Virus record (IMG/VR): IMGVR_UViG_3300044445_000049
Location: 1-47,606 of that record
Length of the DNA: 47,606 bases
Strand: one strand, 5' to 3'
Origin: a virus
Shown here: positions 22,909 through 32,463 of the stretch, one piece after another
How the letters are laid out: every line of letters begins with the position of its first letter
Numbering within the stretch: the first letter of the stretch is position 1
The notes under the pieces: model-generated
What the model was told of the DNA's origin: nothing
The model's input: only the letters and a program-made list of their open reading frames with translations
Databases searched by the model: none
Made by a program: the position numbers and the translations under genes

Positions 22909-23490
22909 TTAGATGCCGTCGACCGCGGCCTTGAGCGCGGCGACGCTCGCGTCCCACTCGAACTCGAGGACGGGGAGGTCGCCGCCCTTGACGGCGTTGG
23001 CGCCGAGGATGATGCCGCGAGGCTTACCGGTGCCCTGGGGGACGACGAGGAACCATGCGCCGGTTGCCTTGATGACTGCGTAGAACATTTCGGGGTACTC
23101 CTGAGGGGTCGGGGGGTGAGGGGTGGCGGCGGGTGCCGCGGACGATGCGGGGGCGGGAGGCGCCCAGCCGCGGAACGTGTAGTGGACTCGGTCGTTGGGG
23201 CCGAACCACTCGAAGCCGAACTCCTCGAGCTTGTGGCGGTCTGACGTGTAGTTGAAGGCGTCGATCGCCTCGCCGCCGTTGCGGACGTGGCTAGAGGTCT
23301 CGGGGGGACGAGCGGGCATGAAGATGCCCGGTTCGCCGCGGTCGAAGCGCCGAATGAGGTCGTTTTGTTCAGCGATCGTGCGGCCGGCGGAGTTGATGCG
23401 AATGACGCCGTACTTGTCCTCGAGCGCGTTGAGCGCCCGAGCGGCGTCGTCCCGGAGCCACATGCCCGGGTGATTCTTGAGGGATGCCAT
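22909..23490 (-). CDS. Endolysin, M15/VanY-type zinc peptidase with a C-terminal domain
   Basis: Zn-ligand pattern SSHVRNGGEAID ... DRVHYTF (H-x-D ... H). Pro/Ala linker, then a roughly 60-aa C-terminal domain. Confidence 0.8.
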   Translation of the reverse strand: MASLKNHPGMWLRDDAARALNALEDKYGVIRINSAGRTIAEQNDLIRRFDRGEPGIFMPARPPETSSHVRNGGEAIDAFNYTSDRHKLEEFGFEWFGPNDRVHYTFRGWAPPAPASSAAPAATPHPPTPQEYPEMFYAVIKATGAWFLVVPQGTGKPRGIILGANAVKGGDLPVLEFEWDASVAALKAAVDGI

Positions 23491-23510
23491 GCGGGCCCCT
23501 TTCAGGTATG

Positions 23511-23542
23511 CGAAAGGCCCGACTCGCGGGGAGCCGGGCCTT
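23511..23542 (-). terminator. Stem-loop between the tail fibre gene and the endolysin gene
   Basis: AAGGCCCG...CGGGCCTT with tail TCGC. Confidence 0.5.
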
Positions 23543-23554
23543 GGGGTGGGCGGG

Positions 23555-24337
23555 TCAGGCGGCCCGCTGCTCGAGCGCGTTGAGGCGCTCCTCGAGGTCC
23601 GTCAGACGTCGCGCCTGTTCTTGGATGGTGGGCAGGAGGGCCAGGGCGAGGAGCTCGTAGTGGACGCCGTCGGGCCGCTCACCCCCCTCGCCGTCGGGGG
23701 CGTAGACGACGAAGTCCTTGAGGCCGAGGTCGTCGAGTTGCTCGGCGATGACTCCGAGCTCCATGGCCGGGACGTAGTCCGGGCCGACGTAGTGCTCGTA
23801 GTCCGGGTCGTCCCGCTTTCGGACCTCGGCGATGTAGCGGTAGCGGACGAGTTCGATGGCGAGCACGGCGTCGACGTCCAGGTCGGCGGGCTCGATGTCT
23901 TGCTTGTAGCGCCGCGACGAGGTCGCCATCCCGAGCATGCCGTCGGCCGTCTGTAGCCAGGCGGTGACGCGGGTGCCGGTGATGTTGTTGGTGGGCGCGG
24001 CGGAGGCGAAGAGGTTGGTCACTCGCGCGGAGGGAGCCTTGACGTCCCCCGAGGCCGTGACGGTCGTGGGGGCGATGGCCCCGGGCGAGGCCAGGTCGGA
24101 GAACTTGGGCAGGGGCGCGACGGCTGCGGATGCCGCGGAGGCGGCGGCAGCGTCGGTCTGCGTGCGGGTGTAGTAGTCCTTCGCGAGGCGCTCGTTGATC
24201 GTGCGCTCGAGTTCAGACACGACGGGGAGCAACGACGCGGCGACCGAGGGGCCCAGCTCGCGAACGGTTCGGCGAAGGTCCGCGAGTTGGGCCGGGAGGG
24301 CGCCCTCGTCGGCGGGGATGGAGGCTGTGATGCCCAC
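23555..24337 (-). CDS. Tail fibre protein with a C-terminal intramolecular-chaperone (peptidase S74-like) domain
   Basis: GTG at 24337 after AAGGAG-cccc. ..GMATSSRRYKQDIEPADLDVDAVLAIELVRYRY.. is the classic autoproteolytic chaperone signature. Confidence 0.8.
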   Translation of the reverse strand: MGITASIPADEGALPAQLADLRRTVRELGPSVAASLLPVVSELERTINERLAKDYYTRTQTDAAAASAASAAVAPLPKFSDLASPGAIAPTTVTASGDVKAPSARVTNLFASAAPTNNITGTRVTAWLQTADGMLGMATSSRRYKQDIEPADLDVDAVLAIELVRYRYIAEVRKRDDPDYEHYVGPDYVPAMELGVIAEQLDDLGLKDFVVYAPDGEGGERPDGVHYELLALALLPTIQEQARRLTDLEERLNALEQRAA

Positions 24338-24345
24338 GGGGCTCC

Positions 24346-25464
24346 TTAGAGTTGGAGGGTCGGCGTGATGGTCTCGGGGGCGTTGCTCGTGGCGAAGGCC
24401 AACACCCACCCGACGGCGCGGGCAGTGCCGCTGATGCCTCCGGGGAACGCCGGGACCGTCTCCCGGCCGAAGCGGTCAAGGCCGCCGACGATGTAGCCGA
24501 TGTCATCCCCAGCCGCCCAGTCCGAACCGACGCGCGGTGCTGCGCGCACGACCGACGAGAGGGAGAGCGCACGAGCGCCCCCGGCCTTGTCGGTCAGGGT
24601 TGCGCCCGCGTGGGAGTTGAGGACGTCAAGGCTGGTGATTGAGGTGGAAGGTGTGAAGCGGTACTCGAACGTCGGTCGGTCTGCGTCCGCCGCGCTGAGG
24701 TGGTCGGATTGGGGCCGCACGTCCGCGGAGGCTGTGGAGACGGCGAGGACGTCGTTGGCGCCGTCGGCGGAGGTGAAGCTCTCCTCGAGTTCGACGGAGC
24801 GGAGCGGGCCGGGCATTTCGAACGTGGCAGCCGGGGAGAGTCCAGGAGCGGGCGAGGTGCCGATCCGAGAGGCAACGGTGAGGACGGGTCGGAGCACCTG
24901 GCCCGGGATGGCCCACTCCCACTCGATCGACCACTCGGGCCCGTTCTCGATGCCCATGAGTTCGCCGAGCACGGAGTAGACCGTCTTATCGCTGGCGTCT
25001 GTGTAGGTGCGGTCGCGGAGACGGCCCTCCTCGGAGAAGGCGACGCGGATGGGGAGGCCCCCGTTGCTACCCGCGGCGACGTAGCGCGTGATGAGGTCGG
25101 CGACGATGCGGTTTTGCCCAACCTGGGAGTAGGTCACGTCGCCGACGTAGCGGCGGTCGAGGTACGCCTCAGCGGACGCGAGCGCGAGGGTGACCGACTG
25201 CTCGCCGGAGCGGCGCCGGGTCGTGACCATGCCGCCCCAGACCGGGGCCTCGCGCTCGGCGTCGATGAGGACGAGAGCGCTGGCCCCGGGGAGGGTCGCG
25301 CGGAGCCAGTTCTCCGGGGTGCCCGGGACGCCCACGGGGAGCGTGGCCTCGGTCGTCGTGTAGGTGCCGATCTGGCGGGCGACCTTCTCGCACACGAGCC
25401 CGGGGAGTTCGGCGATGACCGCTCCCGTCTTGAGGTGGACGGCGAGCCAGTAGTAGGAGGTCAT
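24346..25464 (-). CDS. Minor tail protein (372 aa)
   Basis: ATG at 25464 (MTSYYWLAVHLKTGAVIAELPG..). Position is downstream of the distal tail protein gene. Confidence 0.75.
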   Translation of the reverse strand: MTSYYWLAVHLKTGAVIAELPGLVCEKVARQIGTYTTTEATLPVGVPGTPENWLRATLPGASALVLIDAEREAPVWGGMVTTRRRSGEQSVTLALASAEAYLDRRYVGDVTYSQVGQNRIVADLITRYVAAGSNGGLPIRVAFSEEGRLRDRTYTDASDKTVYSVLGELMGIENGPEWSIEWEWAIPGQVLRPVLTVASRIGTSPAPGLSPAATFEMPGPLRSVELEESFTSADGANDVLAVSTASADVRPQSDHLSAADADRPTFEYRFTPSTSITSLDVLNSHAGATLTDKAGGARALSLSSVVRAAPRVGSDWAAGDDIGYIVGGLDRFGRETVPAFPGGISGTARAVGWVLAFATSNAPETITPTLQL

Positions 25465-25471
25465 GCCGGGG

Positions 25472-26509
25472 TCAGACCGTGAAACTCGCGCTGAAACCGT
25501 TCGACCACACCTCGAAGCCAGCACCCGCGCCATCGGCGCCAATTGCTGCTCGAATCGTGTGTGTCCCAGGCGAGAGCGTCATCTCAGTCGTGAGGGAGGG
25601 CCACATGGTCGTGCGGACGCCCTGATTGTGGAACCGGAGAGCGAAGATGTCGACGTCGTCGACCACGGCATACAGTCGCCCAGCGTGGTTAGCGGCGGAG
25701 CCGAGGTACGTCATGACGCTCGCGGTGATGCGGAGCGTCCCCTCGACGGGCGCCGTGAAGGTATAGGCCTCGTAGTTGAGACGTCCACCCGCGGGGGTGA
25801 TGAAGGACTGTTGCTCCATGCTGTTAGCGGCCCACACGATTCCGCGGCGGGCCCAATCGGTCTTGCCTCGGACGTATTCGCCGTTGTTGGCGGCAACGGG
25901 GTCAGCCTCAACACGGGCCTCGAGGCCCGCGGGCGCGGACGGCCAGAGGGCGAGGAGCTGCGCTCGAGTTTGGAAGGTGGGCTTGCCGCCGACGGTCTTG
26001 GGCGCTGCCCAGGTGACCGAGGGCGAACCACCGCCCGACTTGGGCACGCTGATCTGGGCGAGCACGAGCGAGCGTGCCGGGGTGGCGGGGGCGGCGGGCG
26101 TTCCCGAGGCCGTGCCCGCGAGGTAGCGGATCGCGACGCCCGGGGTCGTCGAGCCATCGGACTCGGCAGGGTCGGAGAGCTGCGCGTAGACGATGTCGAT
26201 GCGCGCGTTGGTGCTGTCGGCAGCGTTGACCGAGCCCGAGACCGAAGCGTCGACGCTGTAGCTATACGCGCCCGCCTCGGCAGCGGCCTCGAGGTCGAGC
26301 ACGCCCGCGTGAGGAGCGCACGTCCAGGTCGTCGAGGTGGCCGACACGGTCGTCGACGGGGTGCCGACGCGGACGCCGGAGAGGGCGCCGAGGGGTCGCG
26401 TCGCCACGCCCATCGGCGAGAAGGGGGAGACGGTGGTCTGACGAAGGGCACGCCCCGCGTACTGCGGGGAGCCGTTGACGGCGTTGACAGGCCAAACGGT
26501 GATTGCCAT
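25472..26509 (-). CDS. Minor tail protein (345 aa)
   Basis: SD GGAGG before the ATG. Position within the tail module. Confidence 0.75.
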   Translation of the reverse strand: MAITVWPVNAVNGSPQYAGRALRQTTVSPFSPMGVATRPLGALSGVRVGTPSTTVSATSTTWTCAPHAGVLDLEAAAEAGAYSYSVDASVSGSVNAADSTNARIDIVYAQLSDPAESDGSTTPGVAIRYLAGTASGTPAAPATPARSLVLAQISVPKSGGGSPSVTWAAPKTVGGKPTFQTRAQLLALWPSAPAGLEARVEADPVAANNGEYVRGKTDWARRGIVWAANSMEQQSFITPAGGRLNYEAYTFTAPVEGTLRITASVMTYLGSAANHAGRLYAVVDDVDIFALRFHNQGVRTTMWPSLTTEMTLSPGTHTIRAAIGADGAGAGFEVWSNGFSASFTV

Positions 26510-26512
26510 GGG

Positions 26513-27346
26513 TTACCTCCATGCGGGAGTTGCGGAGACGGACAAGCGAGCGGAGGGGGAGTAGGAGGCAGCGGTGAATGCCCAGGTGTTCGCGCCGGGC
26601 TCGAATTGCGACCAGCCTCGAGAGGTGATCCACCCCGCGCGGCTCGCCTGTCCGTTGGCGAGAGCGGAGCGAGCGTCCATGTCGATGACCAGGAACTCGC
26701 CTTCGCCGAGGACGAGCGTCGACGAGAAGACAAGGGCGGCGCCGGTTGCGGCGTGCGTGATGACGGGGCCAGCGCACGGGCCGTCGATACGGAGGGTCAC
26801 GGGGCCGGGCTCGTTGCCCGGGTTGGTGAGCGATACCTGGCCGGTGATGGTCGTGGCGTCGATACGGAGGGGGAGGGTGGCGGGGAGGGTCATGCCGCCC
26901 GTCGTCGCGGGCAGGGTGGTCGACCCCTCGAGACGGGCGCCGAACTTGCGCCAGTCGTCGGAGGCGACTTGGAAGCTCCACAGCACCTCCGTTGGGCCTA
27001 CCCACACGGGGAGCACCTCGCCCGTCTGATAGACCGGGGCCCAGCGCGGAGCCCCGGTCTCTTCGACGATGAGGGGGAAGTCCTGGCGGTCGATGGCCGC
27101 GGATAGGCGGTCGACGGCGTCTTGGGCAGCCTCGGGCGTCGGGGCGACAAGGAAGCCGGAGACGGTGACGGCCCGCGGCGAGGCGAACTTGTCGCCCGAC
27201 CACGAGCCCGAGCGCCGCGAGCGCGGCGTCTGCCCCACCCGCGACGACGTGGTGCCCCACCCGTCGACGTCCTGCACGGCCCACTGGACGCCTTGGGCGT
27301 CGACTGCAGAGAGGTCGAGCCCGTTAGCGGTTACTCGGAACGGCAC
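26513..27346 (-). CDS. Distal tail protein (Dit-like)
   Basis: Immediately follows the tape measure gene (TAG/GTG overlap by 1 nt). Typical 277-aa size. Confidence 0.75.
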   Translation of the reverse strand: MPFRVTANGLDLSAVDAQGVQWAVQDVDGWGTTSSRVGQTPRSRRSGSWSGDKFASPRAVTVSGFLVAPTPEAAQDAVDRLSAAIDRQDFPLIVEETGAPRWAPVYQTGEVLPVWVGPTEVLWSFQVASDDWRKFGARLEGSTTLPATTGGMTLPATLPLRIDATTITGQVSLTNPGNEPGPVTLRIDGPCAGPVITHAATGAALVFSSTLVLGEGEFLVIDMDARSALANGQASRAGWITSRGWSQFEPGANTWAFTAASYSPSARLSVSATPAWR

Positions 27347-29577
27347 TAGGCGGCCCTCGCATTCTGTCGGCGGGAGACCTCTTGCGCCGTGGCGACGGCG
27401 TCGACGGCCTCCGTGATGTGGTAGATGTCGCCCCCGCTGCCTCGGCCGGCGCGTTCCGCGGCGACAGCCCCGGTCAGGCCGCCTTGCGCGACCGACCCGG
27501 AGACGTCCGTGCTCAGAGCGAGGCGGACGCCGGAGACCGCGTCAGCGGCAGCGTTCGCCATGTCCAGGGCGGAGCGGGTGACGGTCCCTTGCATCCGGTC
27601 GAGACCGATCGCGAGGCCCTCGCCCATGTAGCCGCCGAAGGAAATGAAGAGGCGGGAGGGGGAGTGGATGCCGAAGAAGCTCTTGAAGGCATCGACGGCA
27701 CCTCGAGCGATGCCGAGGAGGGCGTCGACGACGGAGCCCGCGGCCTGGAAGAGACCCTTGACGAGGCCTCCGATGAGGTCGATGCCCGCTCGAATGAGAA
27801 TCGGGACCATCCCCACGAGCGCTTGGAAGAGGGCCGGGCCGATCTTGATGAGCGCGTCGATGATGAGCGGCAGCACCACGGGCAGCGCCGAGACGATCCC
27901 GGTGAAGAGGCGGACCGCGCCGTCGAGCAACTTCGGGATCATGCCCAAGAGCGAGCCGATGAGCTGCGGGAGCATCCCGAGGAGCGAGACGATGACTTGC
28001 GGGATTGCCTTGAGGAGGCCCGTCACGATTCCGAGGAAGAGGTTGATGGCGGAGTCGATGATGGTGGGCAGCATCCCGAGGAGCGTCGTGATGAGGTTGG
28101 GCAGGAGGTCGAGTACGGCCGTGATGAGGACGGGGACCATCTGCACGAGCCCGTCGACGAGGCCCATGAACAGGGCGAGCGCGGCCGTGATGATCGTCGG
28201 CAACATGCCGATGAGGGTGGTCGCGAGTTGCGGGATCAGCGTGACGAGGGTGGTGACGATCTGCGGGACGACCTGGATGACCGCTTGCACGAGACCCATG
28301 AAGAGGGAGAGTCCCGCTTCGATGAGCACAGGCACCATGCCGAGGAGGAGGCTGATGATCTGCGGGACCATGGCGAGGAGCGCGGAGAGGAGCGGCGGGA
28401 TTGCCGTGATGAGCCCCTGAGCGAGGCTCAAGAAGCTGTTGACGGCCGCGCCGAGGATCGCCGGGGCCATCGCGAGGATGGTCTCGACGATGCCGGGCAG
28501 CGCCCCGAGGATCGCACCGATAACGCCGTCTCGGACGCCTGCGGCGCCCGCGATGAGGCCAGTGATGACCTCGGCGATGCCGTCGGGGCTGCCGGAGGCA
28601 ATGGCCGACCACAGGTCGATGACGAGGTCGCGGACGTTGAAGAGGAAGTCGACGATGCCGGAGTCCTCAGTGGTCCCGAGGGCGGCGAAGAGACCGCCGT
28701 CGAAGTTCCCATTGAAGAGAATGTCGATTACGCCGGTCGCGACTTCGGTAACGCGCGTGAGGAAGACGGCCGCGGTCCCGAGCGCGGGCATGACTCCGGT
28801 GAAGAGGGTCTCCCCGAAGGTGCCCCAGGCGTGGCCGAGGAGGTCGATCTTCCCGGCATAGGTCTGCGCGTAGGCTGCGCCCGACCCGCCGAATTGCGAG
28901 TTGAGCTCGTTGAGGATGATCTTCTGGGCTTCCATCGTCTGCCCGGACTCGACGAGGGACTTGATGAGGGTCTTTTGGTCCTCGGAGAACGTGATACCGA
29001 CTCGCGACAGGGCAGCGATACCGGCGACGGGGTCGTTGAGCGCCTTACCGAGCTGCATCGCTCCGCTCGAGGCGTCGGTGCCCATGGCTCGAGCCATGTC
29101 GACCATGGCCGTCGTCGTTTGATCGAAGATGTCGTTACCCGCGCCGGCCTCGTTGCGGATGTTCTTGAAGGTGAGGAGGAGGTTGGCGCCCTCCTGGATG
29201 CTCTCGGCCTCCGTGCCGGTCAGGCCCTCGAGCTTGCCCGCGAGGGCTTCGACCCCCTCGGCCGTGACGTTCGCGGCGTTGCCGGTCGACTTGATGACCG
29301 ATGCCGTTTGCGTGTTGATCTGCTCGATTCGGCCGAGGGCCTCGACCTGAGCCTTGCCCCAGGAGACAATGGCTCCCGTCGCGAAGACGCCCGCCATGAC
29401 CCCGGCGATGGGGCCGAGGGCGGCGGACGCCCCGCCCAGGATGCCGCCGCCGAGGGCCATTCCGCCCGACTTACCCTTGGCCCCGAGAGGGGCGTCGACT
29501 TGGTCGCCGAGCTTGTTGCCGAAGTCCTTGGCCGAGGGGATGATGTTGAGGGTTGCGTAGCCGACGTTTTCGGACAT
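27346..29577 (-). CDS. Tape measure protein (743 aa)
   Basis: Long Gly/Ala/Leu-rich protein with reiterated hydrophobic LLGMLPxxI..A..LFxGxV segments. Lies downstream of the chaperone genes. Confidence 0.95.
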   Translation of the reverse strand: MSENVGYATLNIIPSAKDFGNKLGDQVDAPLGAKGKSGGMALGGGILGGASAALGPIAGVMAGVFATGAIVSWGKAQVEALGRIEQINTQTASVIKSTGNAANVTAEGVEALAGKLEGLTGTEAESIQEGANLLLTFKNIRNEAGAGNDIFDQTTTAMVDMARAMGTDASSGAMQLGKALNDPVAGIAALSRVGITFSEDQKTLIKSLVESGQTMEAQKIILNELNSQFGGSGAAYAQTYAGKIDLLGHAWGTFGETLFTGVMPALGTAAVFLTRVTEVATGVIDILFNGNFDGGLFAALGTTEDSGIVDFLFNVRDLVIDLWSAIASGSPDGIAEVITGLIAGAAGVRDGVIGAILGALPGIVETILAMAPAILGAAVNSFLSLAQGLITAIPPLLSALLAMVPQIISLLLGMVPVLIEAGLSLFMGLVQAVIQVVPQIVTTLVTLIPQLATTLIGMLPTIITAALALFMGLVDGLVQMVPVLITAVLDLLPNLITTLLGMLPTIIDSAINLFLGIVTGLLKAIPQVIVSLLGMLPQLIGSLLGMIPKLLDGAVRLFTGIVSALPVVLPLIIDALIKIGPALFQALVGMVPILIRAGIDLIGGLVKGLFQAAGSVVDALLGIARGAVDAFKSFFGIHSPSRLFISFGGYMGEGLAIGLDRMQGTVTRSALDMANAAADAVSGVRLALSTDVSGSVAQGGLTGAVAAERAGRGSGGDIYHITEAVDAVATAQEVSRRQNARAA

Positions 29578-29586
29578 GGGCGGCTC

Positions 29587-30215
29587 CTAGGAGGTTCGGG
29601 CGCGTTGCGCCTCGAGGCGTTCGCGGAGGTTCCGGTAGCGCTCGGAGCGCGTGGTGGCGCTCGGGCGAGCGGGGTGGGGCTTGCCGGTGAGAGCGAGGAA
29701 GAGGTCCGAGAGGAGGACTTCGCCTACGCCCCAGGACCGGGCCGCCTCGGGGAGGCCGAGGTAGTGGAGGGCGGCGTCCGGGGGGAGGTGATGCACCAGC
29801 ACGGACAGGCGCCGGATGGTCAGCTCGCCGCGCCAGAGGTCGCCGAGGTCGACGCCGTGGAAGCGGAGGAGGTCGGCTTCCAGGGCGTCGCGCGCGTCGG
29901 GGTCACTCAGCCAGCGGGCGAGCTGCGTCAGTTTCCCTTGACGCCCGCGGCCTTCTGCACGGTGGTCACGATGCGGCTGAGGGTCTCGGGGTCGGGGTCG
30001 AGGTTGAGGAGGCGGCCGTAGCTGTCCCCGGCGAGCACGAGCTCGAGCCAGGAAGTGATGAAGCCACGCTCGAGGCGGTCGAGTCCTCGCATGCCCCAGT
30101 GGGTCGTGGGCTTGACGAAGAGGGCGACGCCTTCGAAGTCGAAAGGAATGGGCGCGCCGTCGGCGATGGCCTCGGCAGCGGTCGGGTTGGTCGTGGGGGT
30201 CTGAGCGTCGGTCAT
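29587..30215 (-). CDS. Tail assembly chaperone -1 frameshift product (GT-like)
   Basis: The -1 frame is open from the slippery site down to 29587 (..GKLTQLARWLSDPDARDALEADLLRFHGVD..). Frame arithmetic is consistent with a -1 shift. Confidence 0.7.
29928..30215 (-). CDS. Tail assembly chaperone (G-like, 95 aa)
   Basis: Position between the major tail protein and tape measure genes. Ends ..AAGVKGN* on a slippery site. Confidence 0.85.
   Translation of the reverse strand: MTDAQTPTTNPTAAEAIADGAPIPFDFEGVALFVKPTTHWGMRGLDRLERGFITSWLELVLAGDSYGRLLNLDPDPETLSRIVTTVQKAAGVKGN
29931..29937 (-). other. Programmed -1 frameshift heptamer G_GGA_AAC
   Basis: Minus strand GTCAAGGGAAACTGA. X_XXY_YYZ pattern in the zero frame, 1 codon before the stop. 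Confidence 0.7.
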
Positions 30216-30266
30216 GGTGTTCTCCTGTGCGCGGTGAGAAGGGGGAGGGCGCGCGGGTGGGAAGGG

Positions 30267-30301
30267 AAGAGGGGGACGCCCCGCGCGGACGTCCCCCTCT
30301 T
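30267..30301 (-). terminator. 12-bp stem-loop after the major tail protein gene
   Basis: AAGAGGGGGACG...CGTCCCCCTCTT. Confidence 0.5.
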
Positions 30302-30310
30302 GGATTGGGG

Positions 30311-30868
30311 TTAGACGGTGGCCTTTTCGGGGTCCGTCTCGAGGTCGGTGTAGAGGGTGCCGTCGGCCGCGGGGAAGAGGATCGTGGTGACGTCGAAGAT
30401 CGACGGCTCGGTCTCGTTCTCCTTGATTTCGGCGATTTCCTGCACCTCGGCCGTCAGGACGACGCGGCGCTTGATGCGGTTGCCGTCGCGGGTCTCGAAG
30501 CCAATGGCGAACTGGACGCTCGAGGTCGGAACCTTGACGATCGACTTGCGGACGCCGGAAGTGACGGTTCGCGTCGAGCCGGGGTTGACGAGGCCGAAGG
30601 TGACGGCGTTGTCCTCGAGGGCGACGAAGCGGATGGTCCGCTTGTGCTTGCTCTTGGAGCGACGCACGAGGACGCCGCCCCAGGCGTATCGCTCCGAGGT
30701 CTCGTTTTCACGGCCCTCGGTGAAGCCCTCGTCGCCGTCCAGGAGGCCCACGGGCTTCCAAGCTGCGGGCCATGCGGTCGTGAGGTCGGTGGGGCCAGCG
30801 GTGCCGGCGGGCGCGATGTAGACGTCGGCGCCAGCCCATTGGTTCGTGTTCGCGGCGTTTCCTGCCAT
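30311..30868 (-). CDS. Major tail protein (185 aa)
   Basis: Position and size. MAGNAANTNQWAGADVYIAPAGTAGP.. Confidence 0.85.
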   Translation of the reverse strand: MAGNAANTNQWAGADVYIAPAGTAGPTDLTTAWPAAWKPVGLLDGDEGFTEGRENETSERYAWGGVLVRRSKSKHKRTIRFVALEDNAVTFGLVNPGSTRTVTSGVRKSIVKVPTSSVQFAIGFETRDGNRIKRRVVLTAEVQEIAEIKENETEPSIFDVTTILFPAADGTLYTDLETDPEKATV

Positions 30869-30878
30869 GGGGTGCCTT

Positions 30879-31283
30879 TCAGAGTTGGCGCGGGCGAAGT
30901 CGCGCCGCGAGGGTGAGGAGCGCGAAGGGTTCTCGCGTCTCGGGGTCGGTGCCGGGGACGGGGCCCGCTACGGGGCCGAAGCCCTTGAGGCGGTCACTCG
31001 TGGCCTCGGCGAGGAGGAGGCCCTCGATGAGGGAGGCGAGGTCGATCGCCGCGCCCTCGTCGGCGGCCGAGACGGTGATGCGGACGGTGGCCGTCGCGGA
31101 GACGCTCGAGCGCTGAGGAGCGCCCGCCCGAACGCGCACCCACGGCCGCGGGCTGCCGTCGTCGTCCGTCGGCGCGTTGCGCGTGGAGACGGTGGCGTCC
31201 GGGACGCGGGGAGCGAGAAGCGTGCGGAGGAGGTCGCGGGTCGCGAGCTGCGCGTCGGGGAAGACGATGACTGGGGCGGTCAC
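30879..31283 (-). CDS. Tail terminator protein (134 aa)
   Basis: Called from its position directly upstream of the major tail protein gene. Confidence 0.65.
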   Translation of the reverse strand: MTAPVIVFPDAQLATRDLLRTLLAPRVPDATVSTRNAPTDDDGSPRPWVRVRAGAPQRSSVSATATVRITVSAADEGAAIDLASLIEGLLLAEATSDRLKGFGPVAGPVPGTDPETREPFALLTLAARLRPRQL

Positions 31284-31570
31284 TTCTTGCCCCGGCCAAT
31301 CTGTAGTCCCGCGGCGGCAGCGCCCTCGGTCAGGTAGCCGTACGTCGCCTCGAGGGCGATGCCTCCGGGGTGGGCGAGGGTGACGCCCGCGACGGGACGG
31401 TCGGATTGGTACTCGTCGACAACGACCTCAACGGGGCCGTCGTGGGCCATGACCCCGCCGAGCGAATTGGCGACGCCCTCGGCGGCGCTCGTGACGGCAT
31501 CCCGGATGCCCGGCTGATTGAGCGCGGCGAGCATGCCGGCGCTCGAGAGGGTGATCTTGACCTGTGCCAA
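31280..31570 (-). CDS. Head-tail joining / tail completion protein (96 aa)
   Basis: TTG at 31570 after TAGGAGG-cccc. The upstream extension in the ORF track is rejected. Confidence 0.55.
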   Translation of the reverse strand: MAQVKITLSSAGMLAALNQPGIRDAVTSAAEGVANSLGGVMAHDGPVEVVVDEYQSDRPVAGVTLAHPGGIALEATYGYLTEGAAAAGLQIGRGKK

Positions 31571-31578
31571 GGGGCCTC

Positions 31579-31917
31579 CTAGAGGGTCTTGAGGCGCTTG
31601 AGTCGCGCGGCTACGTGCGAGCCGGTCGCCAGGGAGCGCCGGACGAGGGGCGTGCCGTCGACGCGCCAGGTGTGGCCGTCGGCTTCGACGCGGTCCGTCT
31701 CGCTCAGGGAGAAGGCCCCGATGATGAGGAGGAGTGCTTCGTCCTCGAGGAGAGGACGCTCGCCCTCGGTCTCCGTCGACGGACCTCGTTGGAGCTGCGC
31801 GCGCGGGATGCGCTTGCGGTCCGGGGCGTCCCAGGTCTCGACCTCGTCGCCGTAGGTGTCTGTCGATCGGCCCGGGCGGAGTCGCGTGGCCGCGGTGCTT
31901 GCCTGGCCGGTCAGCAC
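31579..31917 (-). CDS. Head closure (head-tail connector) protein (112 aa)
   Basis: Called from position. GTG start overlaps the upstream stop (TAGTG). Confidence 0.6.
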   Translation of the reverse strand: MLTGQASTAATRLRPGRSTDTYGDEVETWDAPDRKRIPRAQLQRGPSTETEGERPLLEDEALLLIIGAFSLSETDRVEADGHTWRVDGTPLVRRSLATGSHVAARLKRLKTL

Positions 31918-32390
31918 TAGAGCACCTCGGGGACGTGGAGGAAGGGAACGGGTCGGCCGTCGACGACGGGGACGTAGAGCGTGGTCGGGTAGACCGGCGT
32001 GCCGTATGCCGTCGGGGTGCGGAGCGAGCCGGTGAAGCCGTTGCGGCCGGTCGCGGCGCGACGGACCTGCATGACCTCGCGCGCCGTGAGGTAGACGCCG
32101 GTCGACTCCGTGAGGCCGACCGTGTGCTCGCCGAGCGTCTCTTGTGCGATGCCTCGAGGGTTCTCATAGCCGCGACGGGCGGCCGTCAGGACGACAAGCT
32201 CGACGACGCGCGGGGCGCTCGAGGCCCAACGGTCGGCGGTGCGCTCGGAGACCTCGGCGAGGACGAGCGTGACGGCGTCCTCGATTGCCTCCTCGGCGCG
32301 GGCCCGGTCGACGTCCTCGAGCGTTCCGACGTCGAGACCGAGTCGGGTTTCGAGCGAGGAGAGGGGCGGGGGAAGCGGGCGGTTCGTCAT
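31917..32390 (-). CDS. Head-tail adaptor (157 aa)
   Basis: ATG at 32390 after GAAGGGAGA. Position after the capsid gene. Confidence 0.6.
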   Translation of the reverse strand: MTNRPLPPPLSSLETRLGLDVGTLEDVDRARAEEAIEDAVTLVLAEVSERTADRWASSAPRVVELVVLTAARRGYENPRGIAQETLGEHTVGLTESTGVYLTAREVMQVRRAATGRNGFTGSLRTPTAYGTPVYPTTLYVPVVDGRPVPFLHVPEVL

Positions 32391-32414
32391 GCGTCTCCCT
32401 TCGGGAACGAGGAA

Positions 32415-32449
32415 GCCCGGGAGCCGCTCGAGGTGAGTGACTCCCGGGC
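32415..32449 (-). terminator. 9-bp stem-loop after the major capsid gene
   Basis: GCCCGGGAG...CTCCCGGGC. Confidence 0.45.
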
Positions 32450-32463
32450 CGGAGGGGAGAGGG

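Noticed and set aside
27382-30021. Very long plus-strand ORFs: 879 aa here, plus 32437..34320 (627 aa), 25463..27106 (547 aa), 9547..11076 (509 aa), 37281..38672 (463 aa) and 128..1339 (403 aa).
   Set aside because: They are shadow ORFs antisense to well-supported minus-strand genes. Their codon position 1 mirrors the real genes' GC-rich position 3. The products are low-complexity Arg/Gly/Asp/Glu strings with no recognisable motifs.
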